From: an uncultured Candidatus Saccharibacteria bacterium
GTDB taxonomy: Bacteria; Patescibacteriota; Minisyncoccia; Phycocordibacterales; JAACPR01
Direction: 5' to 3'
Length of the DNA stretch: 64,000 bases
Assembly: GCA_964538855.1 (NCBI GenBank)
Contig: CAZIEY010000001.1
Span: forward strand, 82,811-146,810
In this document: positions 48,961 through 59,045 of the stretch, one piece after another
Numbering within the stretch: the first letter of the stretch is position 1
Layout of the letters: every line of letters starts with the position of its first letter
Translations under genes and position numbers: made by a program
The notes under the pieces: model-generated
What the model saw: only the letters and a program-made list of their open reading frames with translations
Databases searched by the model: none
What the model was told of the DNA's origin: nothing

Positions 48961-49470
48961 TTAACCAACAACAGAAAATCGCGCGATGCGACCGATTGCA
49001 ACCTTTTCTCCAAATTTTTGAACAGCTTGTTCGAGCAGACTTTCGATAGTCTGGTCTGGATTTTTAATATAGGCCTGTTTTACGAGCACTTTCCCTTCTG
49101 CAACAGCTGCCTCGAGCGCATCTGCTGCAACATCAGTAACGTTTGCAAATTCGGGTGCAGTCGCAGACACTTGTACTGCAATTTCACGCGCGAGTTTTTT
49201 AAACTCTTCATTATTGGAAACGAAGTCAGTTTCACACATCAATTCAACCATAGAACCAATCATGCCATTCCCATGAATATATGTTGCTACAGTTCCCGCA
49301 CCCAAAGTACGATCAGCTTTTTTTGCAGCAGATACCGCGCTATTTTTGAGTAGAACGGCTTTAGCTGCCTCCAAGTCACCATTCGCTTCTTCCAAAGCTT
49401 TTTTACATTGACCAATAGAAACACCTGTTGCTTCACGTAATACTTTGACTTGATCCATTGAAATTGCCAT
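48961..49470 (-). CDS. tsf: Elongation factor Ts (short form)
   Basis: VKVLREATG..CKKAL, VELMCETDFV, follows rpsB. Confidence 0.96.
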   Translation of the reverse strand: MAISMDQVKVLREATGVSIGQCKKALEEANGDLEAAKAVLLKNSAVSAAKKADRTLGAGTVATYIHGNGMIGSMVELMCETDFVSNNEEFKKLAREIAVQVSATAPEFANVTDVAADALEAAVAEGKVLVKQAYIKNPDQTIESLLEQAVQKFGEKVAIGRIARFSVVG

Positions 49471-49510
49471 GGTTCTTGAGGGTTAAACTATTAAAACTCG
49501 AAAAACAAAA

Positions 49511-50215
49511 CTACGCTGTTTTCCCAGACTTATATGATTCTACTATCTCGTTGAGGAAAAATTTAATACTATCAACAGATGAATCGTTACCAGGGATAAC
49601 ATAATCGATGAGGCTGTAGTTACAGTCAGTGTTTGCGAGGCTGATGATTGGCACGCCAGTTTGAATTGCTTCGTCTCGGGCGATGTTTTCTTTGTCAGCG
49701 TCAATAATGAAGATTGCTGCTGGTTTTTTGTCCATTGAAACAATTCCACTGAATCGTTCTTCTAATTTTGCGATTTCTCGGTCGATCAAAAGTCGTTCTT
49801 TCTTTTTGTATTTTACGAGCTCGCCTTTTTCTTTTTGAGAAAGTAATTTTGTGTAGTGGTCGATTCTCTTTCGGATTTCTGTAAAGTTAGTCAAAGTTCC
49901 ACCAATCCATCGTCCAGACACATGTGGCATATCAATTTTTTCTGCTGCATCTTTGATTGCGGCTTGTGCTTCTTTTTTACCACCAACGAAAAGAATGCGT
50001 TTGCCTTCTTTGGCGAGTGTTGCAACGAATGCTTTTGCCTTTTCTAATTGAACCTCGACTTTTTCAAGGTCAAAAATTTCGACATTATTTTTTCGGCCGA
50101 AAATATACGAAGCGGTTGTTGGGTGTCGTCGTGATTTGATATAACCAAAATGAGCCCCGACGTCAAACATCGACTCAATTTTGTTCTTTGAAACCTTGTT
50201 TTTTGTTGAAATCAT
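49511..50215 (-). CDS. rpsB: 30S ribosomal protein S2
   Basis: GAHFG, RWIGGTLTNF, PGNDS. Confidence 0.97.
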   Translation of the reverse strand: MISTKNKVSKNKIESMFDVGAHFGYIKSRRHPTTASYIFGRKNNVEIFDLEKVEVQLEKAKAFVATLAKEGKRILFVGGKKEAQAAIKDAAEKIDMPHVSGRWIGGTLTNFTEIRKRIDHYTKLLSQKEKGELVKYKKKERLLIDREIAKLEERFSGIVSMDKKPAAIFIIDADKENIARDEAIQTGVPIISLANTDCNYSLIDYVIPGNDSSVDSIKFFLNEIVESYKSGKTA

Positions 50216-50261
50216 GTAGGACGAAGTCTAGCAAATCGGCGGTTTTAAATCAAGAGGCAAC

Positions 50262-51254
50262 CTATAATGAGGTTGTGGAATCATCCTGTACCTGTGCTTC
50301 ATCAGCTTTTTTGGCCAAAGTATCAATAATATCGGCAATATCCCCTTTCATTGCTTCTTCTATGTTATGCCAGGATTCACCAATACGGTGATCAGTAATA
50401 CGGTTTTGAGGAAAATTATACGTGCGAATCTTTTCTGACCGGTCATTCGTACCAATTTGTGATTTTCGATTTGCAGCGAATTTTTTGGCTTCTTCCTCCT
50501 CTTTATGAAGTTGCAATTTAGACATCAAAAGCGACATAGCAGTTTCTCGGTTTTTGAGCTGACTGCGTTCTGAGGTACAGCGCACATCAATACCAGTCGG
50601 CAAGTGCACAAGGCGCACTGCGGTCTCAACTTTGTTCACGTTCTGACCACCTTTACCACCAGCACGCGAAAATTCCATATGAATTTCTTCTGGACGAACT
50701 TCGATATTGTACTTTTTACGAATCGGCAAAATAGCAACTGACGCGGTCGAAGTATGAATACGTCCCATTTTTTCAGTAATTGGAATTCTCTGAACACGAT
50801 GCACACCAGTTTCAAAACGCATCTTTTTATAGACTCCCTGGCCGTGCATCTCTATAGAAACCTCCTTATAGCCACCCGCTTCAGAAAGAGATTCCTCGGT
50901 CTTTTTCACTTGCCAACCCTGAGCCTCGCCATAACGGCTATACATTTCAGCGAGCTGAGCTGCAAAAATAGAAGCTTCGTCACCACCAGCACCAGCACGA
51001 ATTTCCAGCATAATTTCATTTGGGAACTGCTCTTCTTCTTTTTCACTTTTCACAATCTCTTTGATTTGAGACATCATCGCCGCTTTTTGTTCGGCAATAG
51101 ATTTAGACTCTTCCTCAACCATATCCTTCATGTCGGGATCGGTTTCAAGAAGTGCTATATTTTCCTGCTCCTTAGCCAAAAGTCGCTCCAACTCCTCGGC
51201 GAAGAATTTAGTTTTGACGTTTTCTTTGTGCTTTTTTAGATCTTCTGGATTCAT
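50262..51254 (-). CDS. prfA: Peptide chain release factor 1
   Basis: [18 protein letters not shown] (PxT), GGQNVN. Confidence 0.96.
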   Translation of the reverse strand: MNPEDLKKHKENVKTKFFAEELERLLAKEQENIALLETDPDMKDMVEEESKSIAEQKAAMMSQIKEIVKSEKEEEQFPNEIMLEIRAGAGGDEASIFAAQLAEMYSRYGEAQGWQVKKTEESLSEAGGYKEVSIEMHGQGVYKKMRFETGVHRVQRIPITEKMGRIHTSTASVAILPIRKKYNIEVRPEEIHMEFSRAGGKGGQNVNKVETAVRLVHLPTGIDVRCTSERSQLKNRETAMSLLMSKLQLHKEEEEAKKFAANRKSQIGTNDRSEKIRTYNFPQNRITDHRIGESWHNIEEAMKGDIADIIDTLAKKADEAQVQDDSTTSL

Positions 51255-51293
51255 GTTATTTTTTGCACTTCGTATGGAATAAGTCTACTACAA

Positions 51294-51435
51294 AAATAAA
51301 TTTAAAAATACTCATTATTTTGAGCCTTTCGGAGGACGCCTGTTTTCTCCCAATTAGCGTCCGGGAACGAGCTGATTTTTCCTGATAAGGCAAAATACAG
51401 CGTGCTCAAAATAATGAGTATTTTTAAATTTATTT
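51294..51435. repeat. 32-bp perfect inverted repeat around a 78-bp structured core, downstream of rpmE
   Basis: Arms 51294-51325 / 51404-51435; right arm includes the rpmE stop codon. Confidence 0.9.
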
Positions 51436-51690
51436 CTTTGTCTTAGCCTTGGACATTCGAGTCTTGAACTTCTCTACGCGACCAGCAGCATCAAGAATGT
51501 TTTCCTTGCCAGTATAGAATGGGTGTGACGCAGATGAAATTTCAATGTTATAAGCAGGATATTCCTTACCATCTGTCCATTTTTCGACTTTGTCTGTTTC
51601 AACAGTTGAATAGACCAAGAATCGCTCGCTTGATGAGTCGTCGATAAAAATCACTTTTCGGTTATTTTGTGGATGAATGTCTTTTTTCAT
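51430..51690 (-). CDS. rpmE2: 50S ribosomal protein L31 type B
   Basis: MKKDIHP, EISSASHPFYTG, GRVEKF; no Cys. Confidence 0.95.
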   Translation of the reverse strand: MKKDIHPQNNRKVIFIDDSSSERFLVYSTVETDKVEKWTDGKEYPAYNIEISSASHPFYTGKENILDAAGRVEKFKTRMSKAKTKK

Positions 51691-51738
51691 GTACTTATAA
51701 TACGTTAAATTTGTCCACAGACTATATCAAAATACAGC

Positions 51739-53091
51739 TTAATCGTCAACTTCTTCCAAGAAATTCAGCTGTTCTTGGAAAGTCGCAGCGTGCGACAAGA
51801 CGCTATTTGCATAACCAAGTCCAAGCGTAGCCCAAGCGCCTCCTGCATAATACCGCGCTGCTGCTTGCTGTTCTGCACTATAACCGCCCGCCGCTGCACC
51901 GAGATCTTTTACGAAAAGGCCCGTTGCCATAAAGGCGTGCTCTGGTAGCCATGGATTTGCAGCTGAAATTCCGAGCGTTGTCGCGACACGTGCCGCATAA
52001 CCGATCCACGTTGAAGGAATAAACTGTGAGGGACCCATCGCACCTCCGTACCCAACCGAAAGTGGGCACGATACAGGTGTCTGATATGGATCTAATCCAA
52101 GCGCTCGAGTAATCGTCAAGAATGGAGTCACATCTCGATCCGGTTTCATCACTTTGGCAAACGGTGTACCAGTATTTTTACCGATTCCCGCGCCCGTTTC
52201 AGTATTCGATAGGTAACACTGACCGACATTAACCCCGAGATTTGATTCTTGTTTCAAAATACCCAAAATAAATGCGGCGCGCACCCCGGTAAATTTCGAA
52301 GCTTTATTCGCATATTTTACCGCATCTCCAAACGAAATCCCCTCCTGATCGCGCAACTTAAAAAGCTGAGCCCTGATTGATGCCGCCTTGGCATTTTTCT
52401 GTTGGATGACAGTTTGATAATTTGCCTCGGTTTGTTTACTGATCGATAGAAGCCCTGCTTTTTCCTGCTTTTTAATAGTCACCGTACGCTTATCTTGTTC
52501 AATTTCTGCTTTCACATCTTGCTCCTTATTTTGTTTAATTTGTAACTCTTGCTTCTCTTTCTCGTTTTGTTCTTGAATAACTTTCACTTCATCGATTAGG
52601 TCATTCAGCTGTCTCTCTACTACAGTGAACTCATCAAATTCCACGAAAAAATCTGACAAGGTTTCGTTGCCCAGCAAAATTTCTGGCAGAGACATATTGT
52701 CTGCCTCGTTCGTCTTGCGCATTAGATCAATGAGGTTTTTTTTACTACGATTAATTTTTTCTTCAAGTTGGTTAATAGTCTGCTCTTTTAATTCAATTCC
52801 AGACATGAGATTTTTGATTTCGATATTTTTCTTTTGAATAACAAGCTCGGCTTGTTTAACTTGATTTGTGAGGACAGAAATATCGCGTGAAATGGTGGCG
52901 GTTTGACTCTGTTGCTGTTTGAGAGATTCATTCAAGACACGAGCCTCTTCCTCGATTTGAGCAAGTTCTTTGCGTAGTTGAGCTTCCTGTTGCGGCGTAA
53001 GAGCAGCAAATACCTGTAAAGGCAGGATATTAAACACAAAAGCCACAAGAACGAGCATTAGTGCCGGTTTTTTAAGAATAGCAAAAATCAT
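51739..53091 (-). CDS. Secreted coiled-coil protein with C-terminal lytic transglycosylase domain
   Basis: Signal peptide, long coiled coil, QESNLG, GAMGPSQFIPSTW. Confidence 0.88.
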   Translation of the reverse strand: MIFAILKKPALMLVLVAFVFNILPLQVFAALTPQQEAQLRKELAQIEEEARVLNESLKQQQSQTATISRDISVLTNQVKQAELVIQKKNIEIKNLMSGIELKEQTINQLEEKINRSKKNLIDLMRKTNEADNMSLPEILLGNETLSDFFVEFDEFTVVERQLNDLIDEVKVIQEQNEKEKQELQIKQNKEQDVKAEIEQDKRTVTIKKQEKAGLLSISKQTEANYQTVIQQKNAKAASIRAQLFKLRDQEGISFGDAVKYANKASKFTGVRAAFILGILKQESNLGVNVGQCYLSNTETGAGIGKNTGTPFAKVMKPDRDVTPFLTITRALGLDPYQTPVSCPLSVGYGGAMGPSQFIPSTWIGYAARVATTLGISAANPWLPEHAFMATGLFVKDLGAAAGGYSAEQQAAARYYAGGAWATLGLGYANSVLSHAATFQEQLNFLEEVDD

Positions 53092-53157
53092 CTTCTTTAT
53101 TATAGCAAAAAAACTCATCGGCGCACCTTGGTGAGTTTAGAAGAACCCTGGCCTGGA

Positions 53158-53279
53158 AAGTAAAGCAAAACTGCTTAATTTTAAAAGTCTGGTTGAGCAT
53201 CAACACAAAACGCACGTTCTTTACAGAACGTGCGTGATGCGACCCGAGGACTTTAAAATTAAGCAGTTTTGTTTTACTT
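53158..53279. repeat. ~28-bp inverted repeat around a conserved core, downstream of rplY
   Basis: Arms 53158-53185 / 53252-53279 (one mismatch); core GTCTGGTTGAGCA..GCGACCCGAGGAC. Confidence 0.88.
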
Positions 53280-53942
53280 CTTGTCCTGACCTTCCGCCGC
53301 TGGAGTTCCTCCTGGCACACCTTCTTCGTCTTTCTTACCCTTCTTTTCAACTTCGATTGAAGCGAGGTCAACTGGAGCCGCCTCTTCTTCCTTCTCTTCG
53401 CGAGGTTCTTTAACGAGCGCAATCACTTCGTCAGATTTTGAAACTAATTCAACACCTTCTGGCAATTTCACATCTTTTGCTTGAATGTGCGCAGCAAAAT
53501 CCACGAGAGAAGAGATGTCTACAGTAATATTGTGTGGGAGGTTTTTAGGCATCGCTTCGATTTCGACTTCGTGCATAACTTTCATCAAAATACCACCGAG
53601 GTTTTTCACTGCAGCAGATACACCAACGAATTCGAGAGGAACGTTAACTTTGAGCTTCTTACCTTTTTCAATAACATAAAAGTCTGCGTGGAGAGGTCGC
53701 AATGACACCGCGTCAAATTGTACATCTTTTAACAATGTGTCGTGTTCTTCTGAACCAAGTTTAAGAGTAATAATTGAAGATTCACCGGCTTCTTTGTACG
53801 CTTTCAAAAATTCGACTTCGTTAATAGTAATAGGTGTAGATGCTTCTTTTGGACCGTAAAATACAGCAGGAATATTGCCGCCTTTTCGCATTTGGGCTTT
53901 ATCTGACTTTAATTCTCGTGTCTTTGCGTTTAATATCAACAT
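53274..53942 (-). CDS. rplY: 50S ribosomal protein L25 (CTC form)
   Basis: IPAVFYG, PLHADF, VPLEFVG. Confidence 0.96.
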   Translation of the reverse strand: MLILNAKTRELKSDKAQMRKGGNIPAVFYGPKEASTPITINEVEFLKAYKEAGESSIITLKLGSEEHDTLLKDVQFDAVSLRPLHADFYVIEKGKKLKVNVPLEFVGVSAAVKNLGGILMKVMHEVEIEAMPKNLPHNITVDISSLVDFAAHIQAKDVKLPEGVELVSKSDEVIALVKEPREEKEEEAAPVDLASIEVEKKGKKDEEGVPGGTPAAEGQDKK

Positions 53943-53963
53943 ATAGGGCTGTATTATACACGA

Positions 53964-54995
53964 CTAGTCCAAATATTCAAGTGATACGTCGTAATCACCG
54001 GCGTCGGCGAGCTGATTGAGGCGAAGGCGCTTTGTGAATTCAGTGCGCGCTGCGGTGACGTTTTCATCTTTTCCCTGCCAAATTGTGAGGGCACTTTCCT
54101 GCAATGCACGCGCATATGAGAAGGCAATTTCCCAAGGAAGATCGTCTTTTTCTGCAATTGCGTCGAGGTGTGCAGTGGCTTCGACTGCAGTTTGTCCGCC
54201 TGACAAAAACACTACTCCGCCGATTTCTGTTGGCACAGTTTTTCGTAACATTCGCACAGTTGCATCGGCGACTTCGGTAGGAGAAGCTTCGTCGGCATTT
54301 TTATTTCCGTTGATCACCATGCTCGTCTTCAAAATAACACCTGGCAAGTAGGCTTTGTAGTCCTGCAATTTTTGCATGACGGCGCCGACCACGCGAGTTG
54401 TCACGATTTCAGAAGTTTTCAAGTTGTGCGGACCTTCGAGCAACACTTCTGGTTCGACAATTGGCACAAGACCGAATTGTTGTGCGGCAACTGCGTAACG
54501 AGCGAGTGCGTCGGCGTTAGCTTCGATACACGCGTCAGTTGGGAGGCCGGCCGATTCATCGATTTTTATGACGGCTCGCCATTTTGTGAACGCGGCTCCT
54601 GCATCTGCGTACTTTTTGATACGCTCTGGTAAATCATCGAGACCGACTGTCAATTTTTCATCTGGAAAACCTGGGAAGTCCTTTGCGCCGAGGTCGACTT
54701 TGATTCCTGGCAAAATTCCCTTTTCAGCAAGTGCAGTGCGAAATGGTGTCCCGTCGCAATTGTTTTGCCAAAATGTCTCGTCGTATAAAATGACGCCAGA
54801 TAGAAATTCCTCGAGGCCTGGCATACATAAAAAGAGATGGCGGAATTTGCGGCGCATGTCTTCACCGGTTGCGATACCGAAAGATTCGAGGCGCTTATCG
54901 GCTGTGCTGTTTGATTCATCAGCTGCAAGAATTCCTTTTTCAGGTGCGAGTAAATGTGCGACGGTTGCCGTCAGTTTTTGTGTTTCGATGTTCAT
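53964..54995 (-). CDS. fba: Class I fructose-bisphosphate aldolase
   Basis: KGILAADES, GIKVD, KWRAV, VPIVEPEV, FLSGGQ, FSYARALQ. Confidence 0.97.
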   Translation of the reverse strand: MNIETQKLTATVAHLLAPEKGILAADESNSTADKRLESFGIATGEDMRRKFRHLFLCMPGLEEFLSGVILYDETFWQNNCDGTPFRTALAEKGILPGIKVDLGAKDFPGFPDEKLTVGLDDLPERIKKYADAGAAFTKWRAVIKIDESAGLPTDACIEANADALARYAVAAQQFGLVPIVEPEVLLEGPHNLKTSEIVTTRVVGAVMQKLQDYKAYLPGVILKTSMVINGNKNADEASPTEVADATVRMLRKTVPTEIGGVVFLSGGQTAVEATAHLDAIAEKDDLPWEIAFSYARALQESALTIWQGKDENVTAARTEFTKRLRLNQLADAGDYDVSLEYLD

Positions 54996-55037
54996 GAGAA
55001 TAGTATAACAAAGAATAAATAATGTTATAATTGCCAC

Positions 55038-56048
55038 ATGAGCTTGTTCCATAAACAATTAGATTTTATCGGCGTCGGCGATGCAGTCGTCGATACCTTT
55101 ATCGAGCTCCAAGACGCGTGGATCGAAAATGACAATCCGAAAAAGACACGAGAATTGTGTATGCGATTCGGCGATAAAATTCCGTATAAAAACGAGGTGA
55201 CAGTACGAGGAACAGGAAACGCATTGAATGCAGCGCACGCGGCGATGAAGCTCGGCTTGAAAACCGGAATTATTACAGATATCGGAGATGATGATAACGG
55301 TCTCGAGATTTTAAAAAGTTTTAACCACAAAGGTATCGATACACGACATGCGACCATACACAAAAAGTCACTCACTAATCACAATTACATTCTACGATAT
55401 CAAGAAGAACGCACTATTTTAATTCAACATCACGATTACGATTACAAGTTTCCAAAATTCGCACGCGGTAGTGGACCAAAGTGGATGTATCTAAGTTCAC
55501 TATCACAAAATTCTCTTCCCTATCATTTAGAAATTATTGAATTTTTAAAAGCTCATCCTGAAACAAAGTTAGCGTTTCAGCCTGGCACGTTTCAAATCAA
55601 GCTCGGCGTAGAAAAAATTCCCGATTTATATAAAATGTCAGCCATCTTTTTCTGCAACAAAGAGGAAGCGCAGAAAATTCTTGCAACCAAAGAAAGCGAT
55701 ATAAAAAGTCTTTTGACCGGCATGCACGCACTTGGCCCAAAAATCGTCGTCATCACTGACGGCCCGGACGGAGCATTCGTCTACGATGGTACCGAATTTT
55801 GGCATGGACCAATGTACCCGGATATTGCTCCGCCAGTTGATCGAACCGGTGCCGGAGATTCCTTCTCTGCGACGTTCACCGTCGCAATTGCGATCGGAAA
55901 AACAATTCGCGAAGCTTTGATGTGGGGACCAATCAATTCAATGAGTGTCGTGCAATTTGTTGGCGCACAAGCCGGACACTTAACATACGCGCAAATTGCA
56001 GAGTATTTAAAAAAAGCGCCGGCAGGATACGAGCCGAGAAAAATGTAA
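55038..56048 (+). CDS. PfkB-family carbohydrate kinase
   Basis: GNALN, NKEEA, DRTGAGDSF. Confidence 0.93.
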   Translation: MSLFHKQLDFIGVGDAVVDTFIELQDAWIENDNPKKTRELCMRFGDKIPYKNEVTVRGTGNALNAAHAAMKLGLKTGIITDIGDDDNGLEILKSFNHKGIDTRHATIHKKSLTNHNYILRYQEERTILIQHHDYDYKFPKFARGSGPKWMYLSSLSQNSLPYHLEIIEFLKAHPETKLAFQPGTFQIKLGVEKIPDLYKMSAIFFCNKEEAQKILATKESDIKSLLTGMHALGPKIVVITDGPDGAFVYDGTEFWHGPMYPDIAPPVDRTGAGDSFSATFTVAIAIGKTIREALMWGPINSMSVVQFVGAQAGHLTYAQIAEYLKKAPAGYEPRKM

Positions 56049-56059
56049 ATCTCGAAAAT

Positions 56060-56350
56060 CTAAACGATTTTGAAATGAATTGTAGGTGTATCACCCGCAA
56101 GCACGCTCTCCTTCTTGCGGACTTGTGTTTTGACTGCTAATAGATAGGTACCTTCGCTTGTGTGAGGAAAGAGACTGGTGCGCCACGTCGTTGCGCCGAG
56201 CGTTGCTTGAATTGGCACAAACCCAACACGTTTTCGGACGCCACCTTTTTTAATTTCAGCAGATAATTTTTTAGGAAGCGTAACAAAATGCCACCCTGCC
56301 GCTCCGGGCCATATCCAAACTTTTTCACGAATTGTGTAGTTACTTTTCAT
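56060..56350 (-). CDS. DUF1905-like protein
   Basis: GWHFVTLP, WRTSLFP, YLLAVK. Confidence 0.85.
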   Translation of the reverse strand: MKSNYTIREKVWIWPGAAGWHFVTLPKKLSAEIKKGGVRKRVGFVPIQATLGATTWRTSLFPHTSEGTYLLAVKTQVRKKESVLAGDTPTIHFKIV

Positions 56351-56612
56351 TACCGAGCGCCTTATATAAAGTTCCTGTCAAGAACAAGGCCACAATACCA
56401 ATCCAAATCAACGCAAATGGATGTGTATGGAAAAATTCGATTTGATCTGCCCACAATTCGAAACCGTGGAGAACCGCAGCGACACTAAATGTGAAAGTAA
56501 AAGCAAATAGTAGTGGGTAGCGTCGCAAAACTGGTCGAGTATATTTTCCTGCACTTTTATGCGCTTCTTTCAAAATTTTTTCCGCGTGATGAATTGGATC
56601 TTTTTTAAACAT
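56340..56612 (-). CDS. Small 2-TM hypothetical protein
   Basis: RYPLLFA..GFE..LFLTGTLYKAL. Confidence 0.7.
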   Translation of the reverse strand: MFKKDPIHHAEKILKEAHKSAGKYTRPVLRRYPLLFAFTFTFSVAAVLHGFELWADQIEFFHTHPFALIWIGIVALFLTGTLYKALGNEK

Positions 56613-56624
56613 GTGTTTTATGAA

Positions 56625-57617
56625 TTACTTGCGATTCAAAACTTTTTCAACTGCTTCGGTGATGCCGTTTTCGTCGAGGTCAAAGAAATTGATGAGCTCC
56701 ATTCCCTTGCCGGATTCGCCGAACTTGTCGCGGATGCCGACGAATTCGATTGGGACTGGGCGATGTGCGGCGAGTACTTCTGCAACAGCGCTGCCCATTC
56801 CGCCAGCGATTTGATGTTCTTCGACTGTCACGATTGCGCCAGATTTTTTTGCAAAATCGATGACGGCTGATTCGTCGAGCGGTTTAATTGTCGCGAGATT
56901 CATCACACCTACGTTGATGCCGCGCATTCCCATTTCACGAGCCACCCGCATCGCAGTGTGCACCAAAAATCCGCACGCGATAATGCCAACATCCATTTTT
57001 TCTTTTGGAGCGTAAAAAATTTGTGCCTTGCCGATTTCAAATGGAGTTTTGTCCGTGGTGATGACCGCGGTTTTTTCTCGACCCAAACGCAAATATGAAG
57101 GGCGAGAATTTTGTGCGAGAGCGAGCGTCGCCTTGCGAGCTTCGATATGATCGCACGGCACAATGACTGTCATGTTTGGGATGACGCGTGTGATTGCGAT
57201 ATCTTCCAAGGCTTGATGAGTTCCGCCGTCAGGGCCAGTCGTCACACCCGCGTGTGAACCAACCACTACAACCGGCTGATTATTGTATGCGACTGTCGTG
57301 CGAATTTGTTCCCAGCTGCGACCCGGAGAAAACATCGCGTAACTTGCGGCAAACGGAACTTTTCCCATCGCAGCGAGACCTGACGCAACCGATACCAAGT
57401 TTTGTTCCGCAATTCCAATTTCAAAAAATCGATTTGGAAATTCTTTTGCAAAAAGATCGGTTTTTACGGACTCTGACAAATCAGCGGTGAGCGCGACAAC
57501 TCGTGCGTCCGCCTTGCCCGCCTCGAACAATCCTTGTCCAAATCCCATGCGCACAGGAACAACTTCGACGTTATCTTCGAAAATGTTTGGATTGAGATGT
57601 GGGGTTTTGTTAATCAT
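56625..57617 (-). CDS. tktC: Transketolase C-terminal subunit
   Basis: GIAEQN, GPDGGTHQ, YLRLGR, EEHQIAGG. Confidence 0.95.
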   Translation of the reverse strand: MINKTPHLNPNIFEDNVEVVPVRMGFGQGLFEAGKADARVVALTADLSESVKTDLFAKEFPNRFFEIGIAEQNLVSVASGLAAMGKVPFAASYAMFSPGRSWEQIRTTVAYNNQPVVVVGSHAGVTTGPDGGTHQALEDIAITRVIPNMTVIVPCDHIEARKATLALAQNSRPSYLRLGREKTAVITTDKTPFEIGKAQIFYAPKEKMDVGIIACGFLVHTAMRVAREMGMRGINVGVMNLATIKPLDESAVIDFAKKSGAIVTVEEHQIAGGMGSAVAEVLAAHRPVPIEFVGIRDKFGESGKGMELINFFDLDENGITEAVEKVLNRK

Positions 57618-58059
57618 TGGTTTTATAAAAAGTATTATCCTTATATCTGTCTATTATATACCGACTTGGTGGAAATAATTTTGTTGGAAGATTGCCGAGT
57701 GCAAACCACCTCCATTCTGTAATTTCATCCGGTTCCATAACACGCGGTTCTCCTGAAAAAGCTTCTGCGAAAATTCCAATGGTAATGAAATGGGCTTTTG
57801 CTCCTATGCAATTTTCGACACAAATAATTTTAGATCGACTCAACGTCATACCAGTCTCTTCTTTTAATTCGCGGCGCGCACCATCCTCAAATTGTTCTGC
57901 GTAGTCTAATTTCCCACCAGGCATAGTCCAAGTCCCCTCTCCTGATAATTCAGAACTAGCTTTTTCTGGATCATCATTTCTTTTACCGAGTAAAACTTTC
58001 CCATCTTTTAAAAGCATAATTCCAAACCCCGCGCCGATTTTTTTAATATCAGAAGACAT
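57610..58059 (-). CDS. NUDIX hydrolase (NUDT15/MutT-like)
   Basis: WTMPGG..ARRELKEETG, EPDEITEWRWF. Confidence 0.92.
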   Translation of the reverse strand: MSSDIKKIGAGFGIMLLKDGKVLLGKRNDDPEKASSELSGEGTWTMPGGKLDYAEQFEDGARRELKEETGMTLSRSKIICVENCIGAKAHFITIGIFAEAFSGEPRVMEPDEITEWRWFALGNLPTKLFPPSRYIIDRYKDNTFYKTND

Positions 58060-58062
58060 AAA

Positions 58063-58932
58063 TTAATATTGATGAAAATCCACCTTACCACCGAGTGTAC
58101 GCAATTCGCGAAGCGCCATTTTGGCCTCTTCAGCATTCGGAGCTTTGCCGTGCCATTCGGGTTTTCGTTCGAATTCGTGAACACCTTTGCCGGGAATTGT
58201 GTTTGCGATAATCACGGATGGTTTATCGAAAATCGCCTTGGCCTGACCGACAGCGTCGTCAATCATTTCAAAATTGTGCCCGTCGATTTCTTGCACATGC
58301 CAATTGAAAGCGCGAAATTTTGCACCGAGGTCATTGAGCGGCATAACGTCTTCGGTATATCCATCGATTTGAATATTGTTACGATCAACAATCACAATTA
58401 GGTTGTGCAATTTTTCTTTGGCAGCAAGCATCAAGGCTTCCCAATTTTGACCTTCGTCCAATTCCCCGTCGCCCGTCACACAATACACAAAACGATTCGC
58501 CGATTTACCCAAGTCAATTCGAATCGCAAGCGCCATTCCGACAGCCTGCGAAATTCCAGAACCGAGCGGCCCCGACGAAGTCTCAATTCCCGGAAGCGCC
58601 GTTCGATGCGGATGCCCCTGCAATCGCGAACCTAATTTTCGCAACGTTTGCAATTCTGCAACCGGAAAATATCCCGCGTGCGCAAGCGTCGCGTACAATC
58701 CCGGACAGACGTGCCCGTTCGACAACACAAACATATCACGCTTGTCCCACATCGGATTCTTTGCATCATGCTTCATCGCATGAAAATATAAATAGGTAAA
58801 GATATCAGCGAGTCCGAGCGGTCCAGCTGTGTGACCAGAACCTGCTTCGAGAAGCGCTTCGATTGTCGATTTTCGAATTTCGTTTGCGATCGCTTGCAAT
58901 TTTTTAATGTACGCGTCGGTGAGGTTGCTCAT
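58063..58932 (-). CDS. tktN: Transketolase N-terminal (TPP-binding) subunit
   Basis: SGH, RDMFVLSNGH, LQGHP, GDGE..EG, WHG. Confidence 0.95.
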   Translation of the reverse strand: MSNLTDAYIKKLQAIANEIRKSTIEALLEAGSGHTAGPLGLADIFTYLYFHAMKHDAKNPMWDKRDMFVLSNGHVCPGLYATLAHAGYFPVAELQTLRKLGSRLQGHPHRTALPGIETSSGPLGSGISQAVGMALAIRIDLGKSANRFVYCVTGDGELDEGQNWEALMLAAKEKLHNLIVIVDRNNIQIDGYTEDVMPLNDLGAKFRAFNWHVQEIDGHNFEMIDDAVGQAKAIFDKPSVIIANTIPGKGVHEFERKPEWHGKAPNAEEAKMALRELRTLGGKVDFHQY

Positions 58933-59045
58933 ATAAATAATTATACCAAGAAAATGAAAATACGAAGCCATTTTATACGAGAGTAAATGAAAATGACCCT
59001 CGGTCGCCGTGAAGCAAACCGAGGATCGGATATGAGCAGAATCTT

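Noticed and set aside
48961-49470. Short EF-Ts and N-truncated PheS as pseudogenes
   Set aside because: Core motifs and operon context are intact; shortened forms are plausible in reduced genomes.
53110-53160. SRP RNA-like sequence
   Set aside because: Lacks the SRP domain IV motif and enclosing stem; only a small hairpin.
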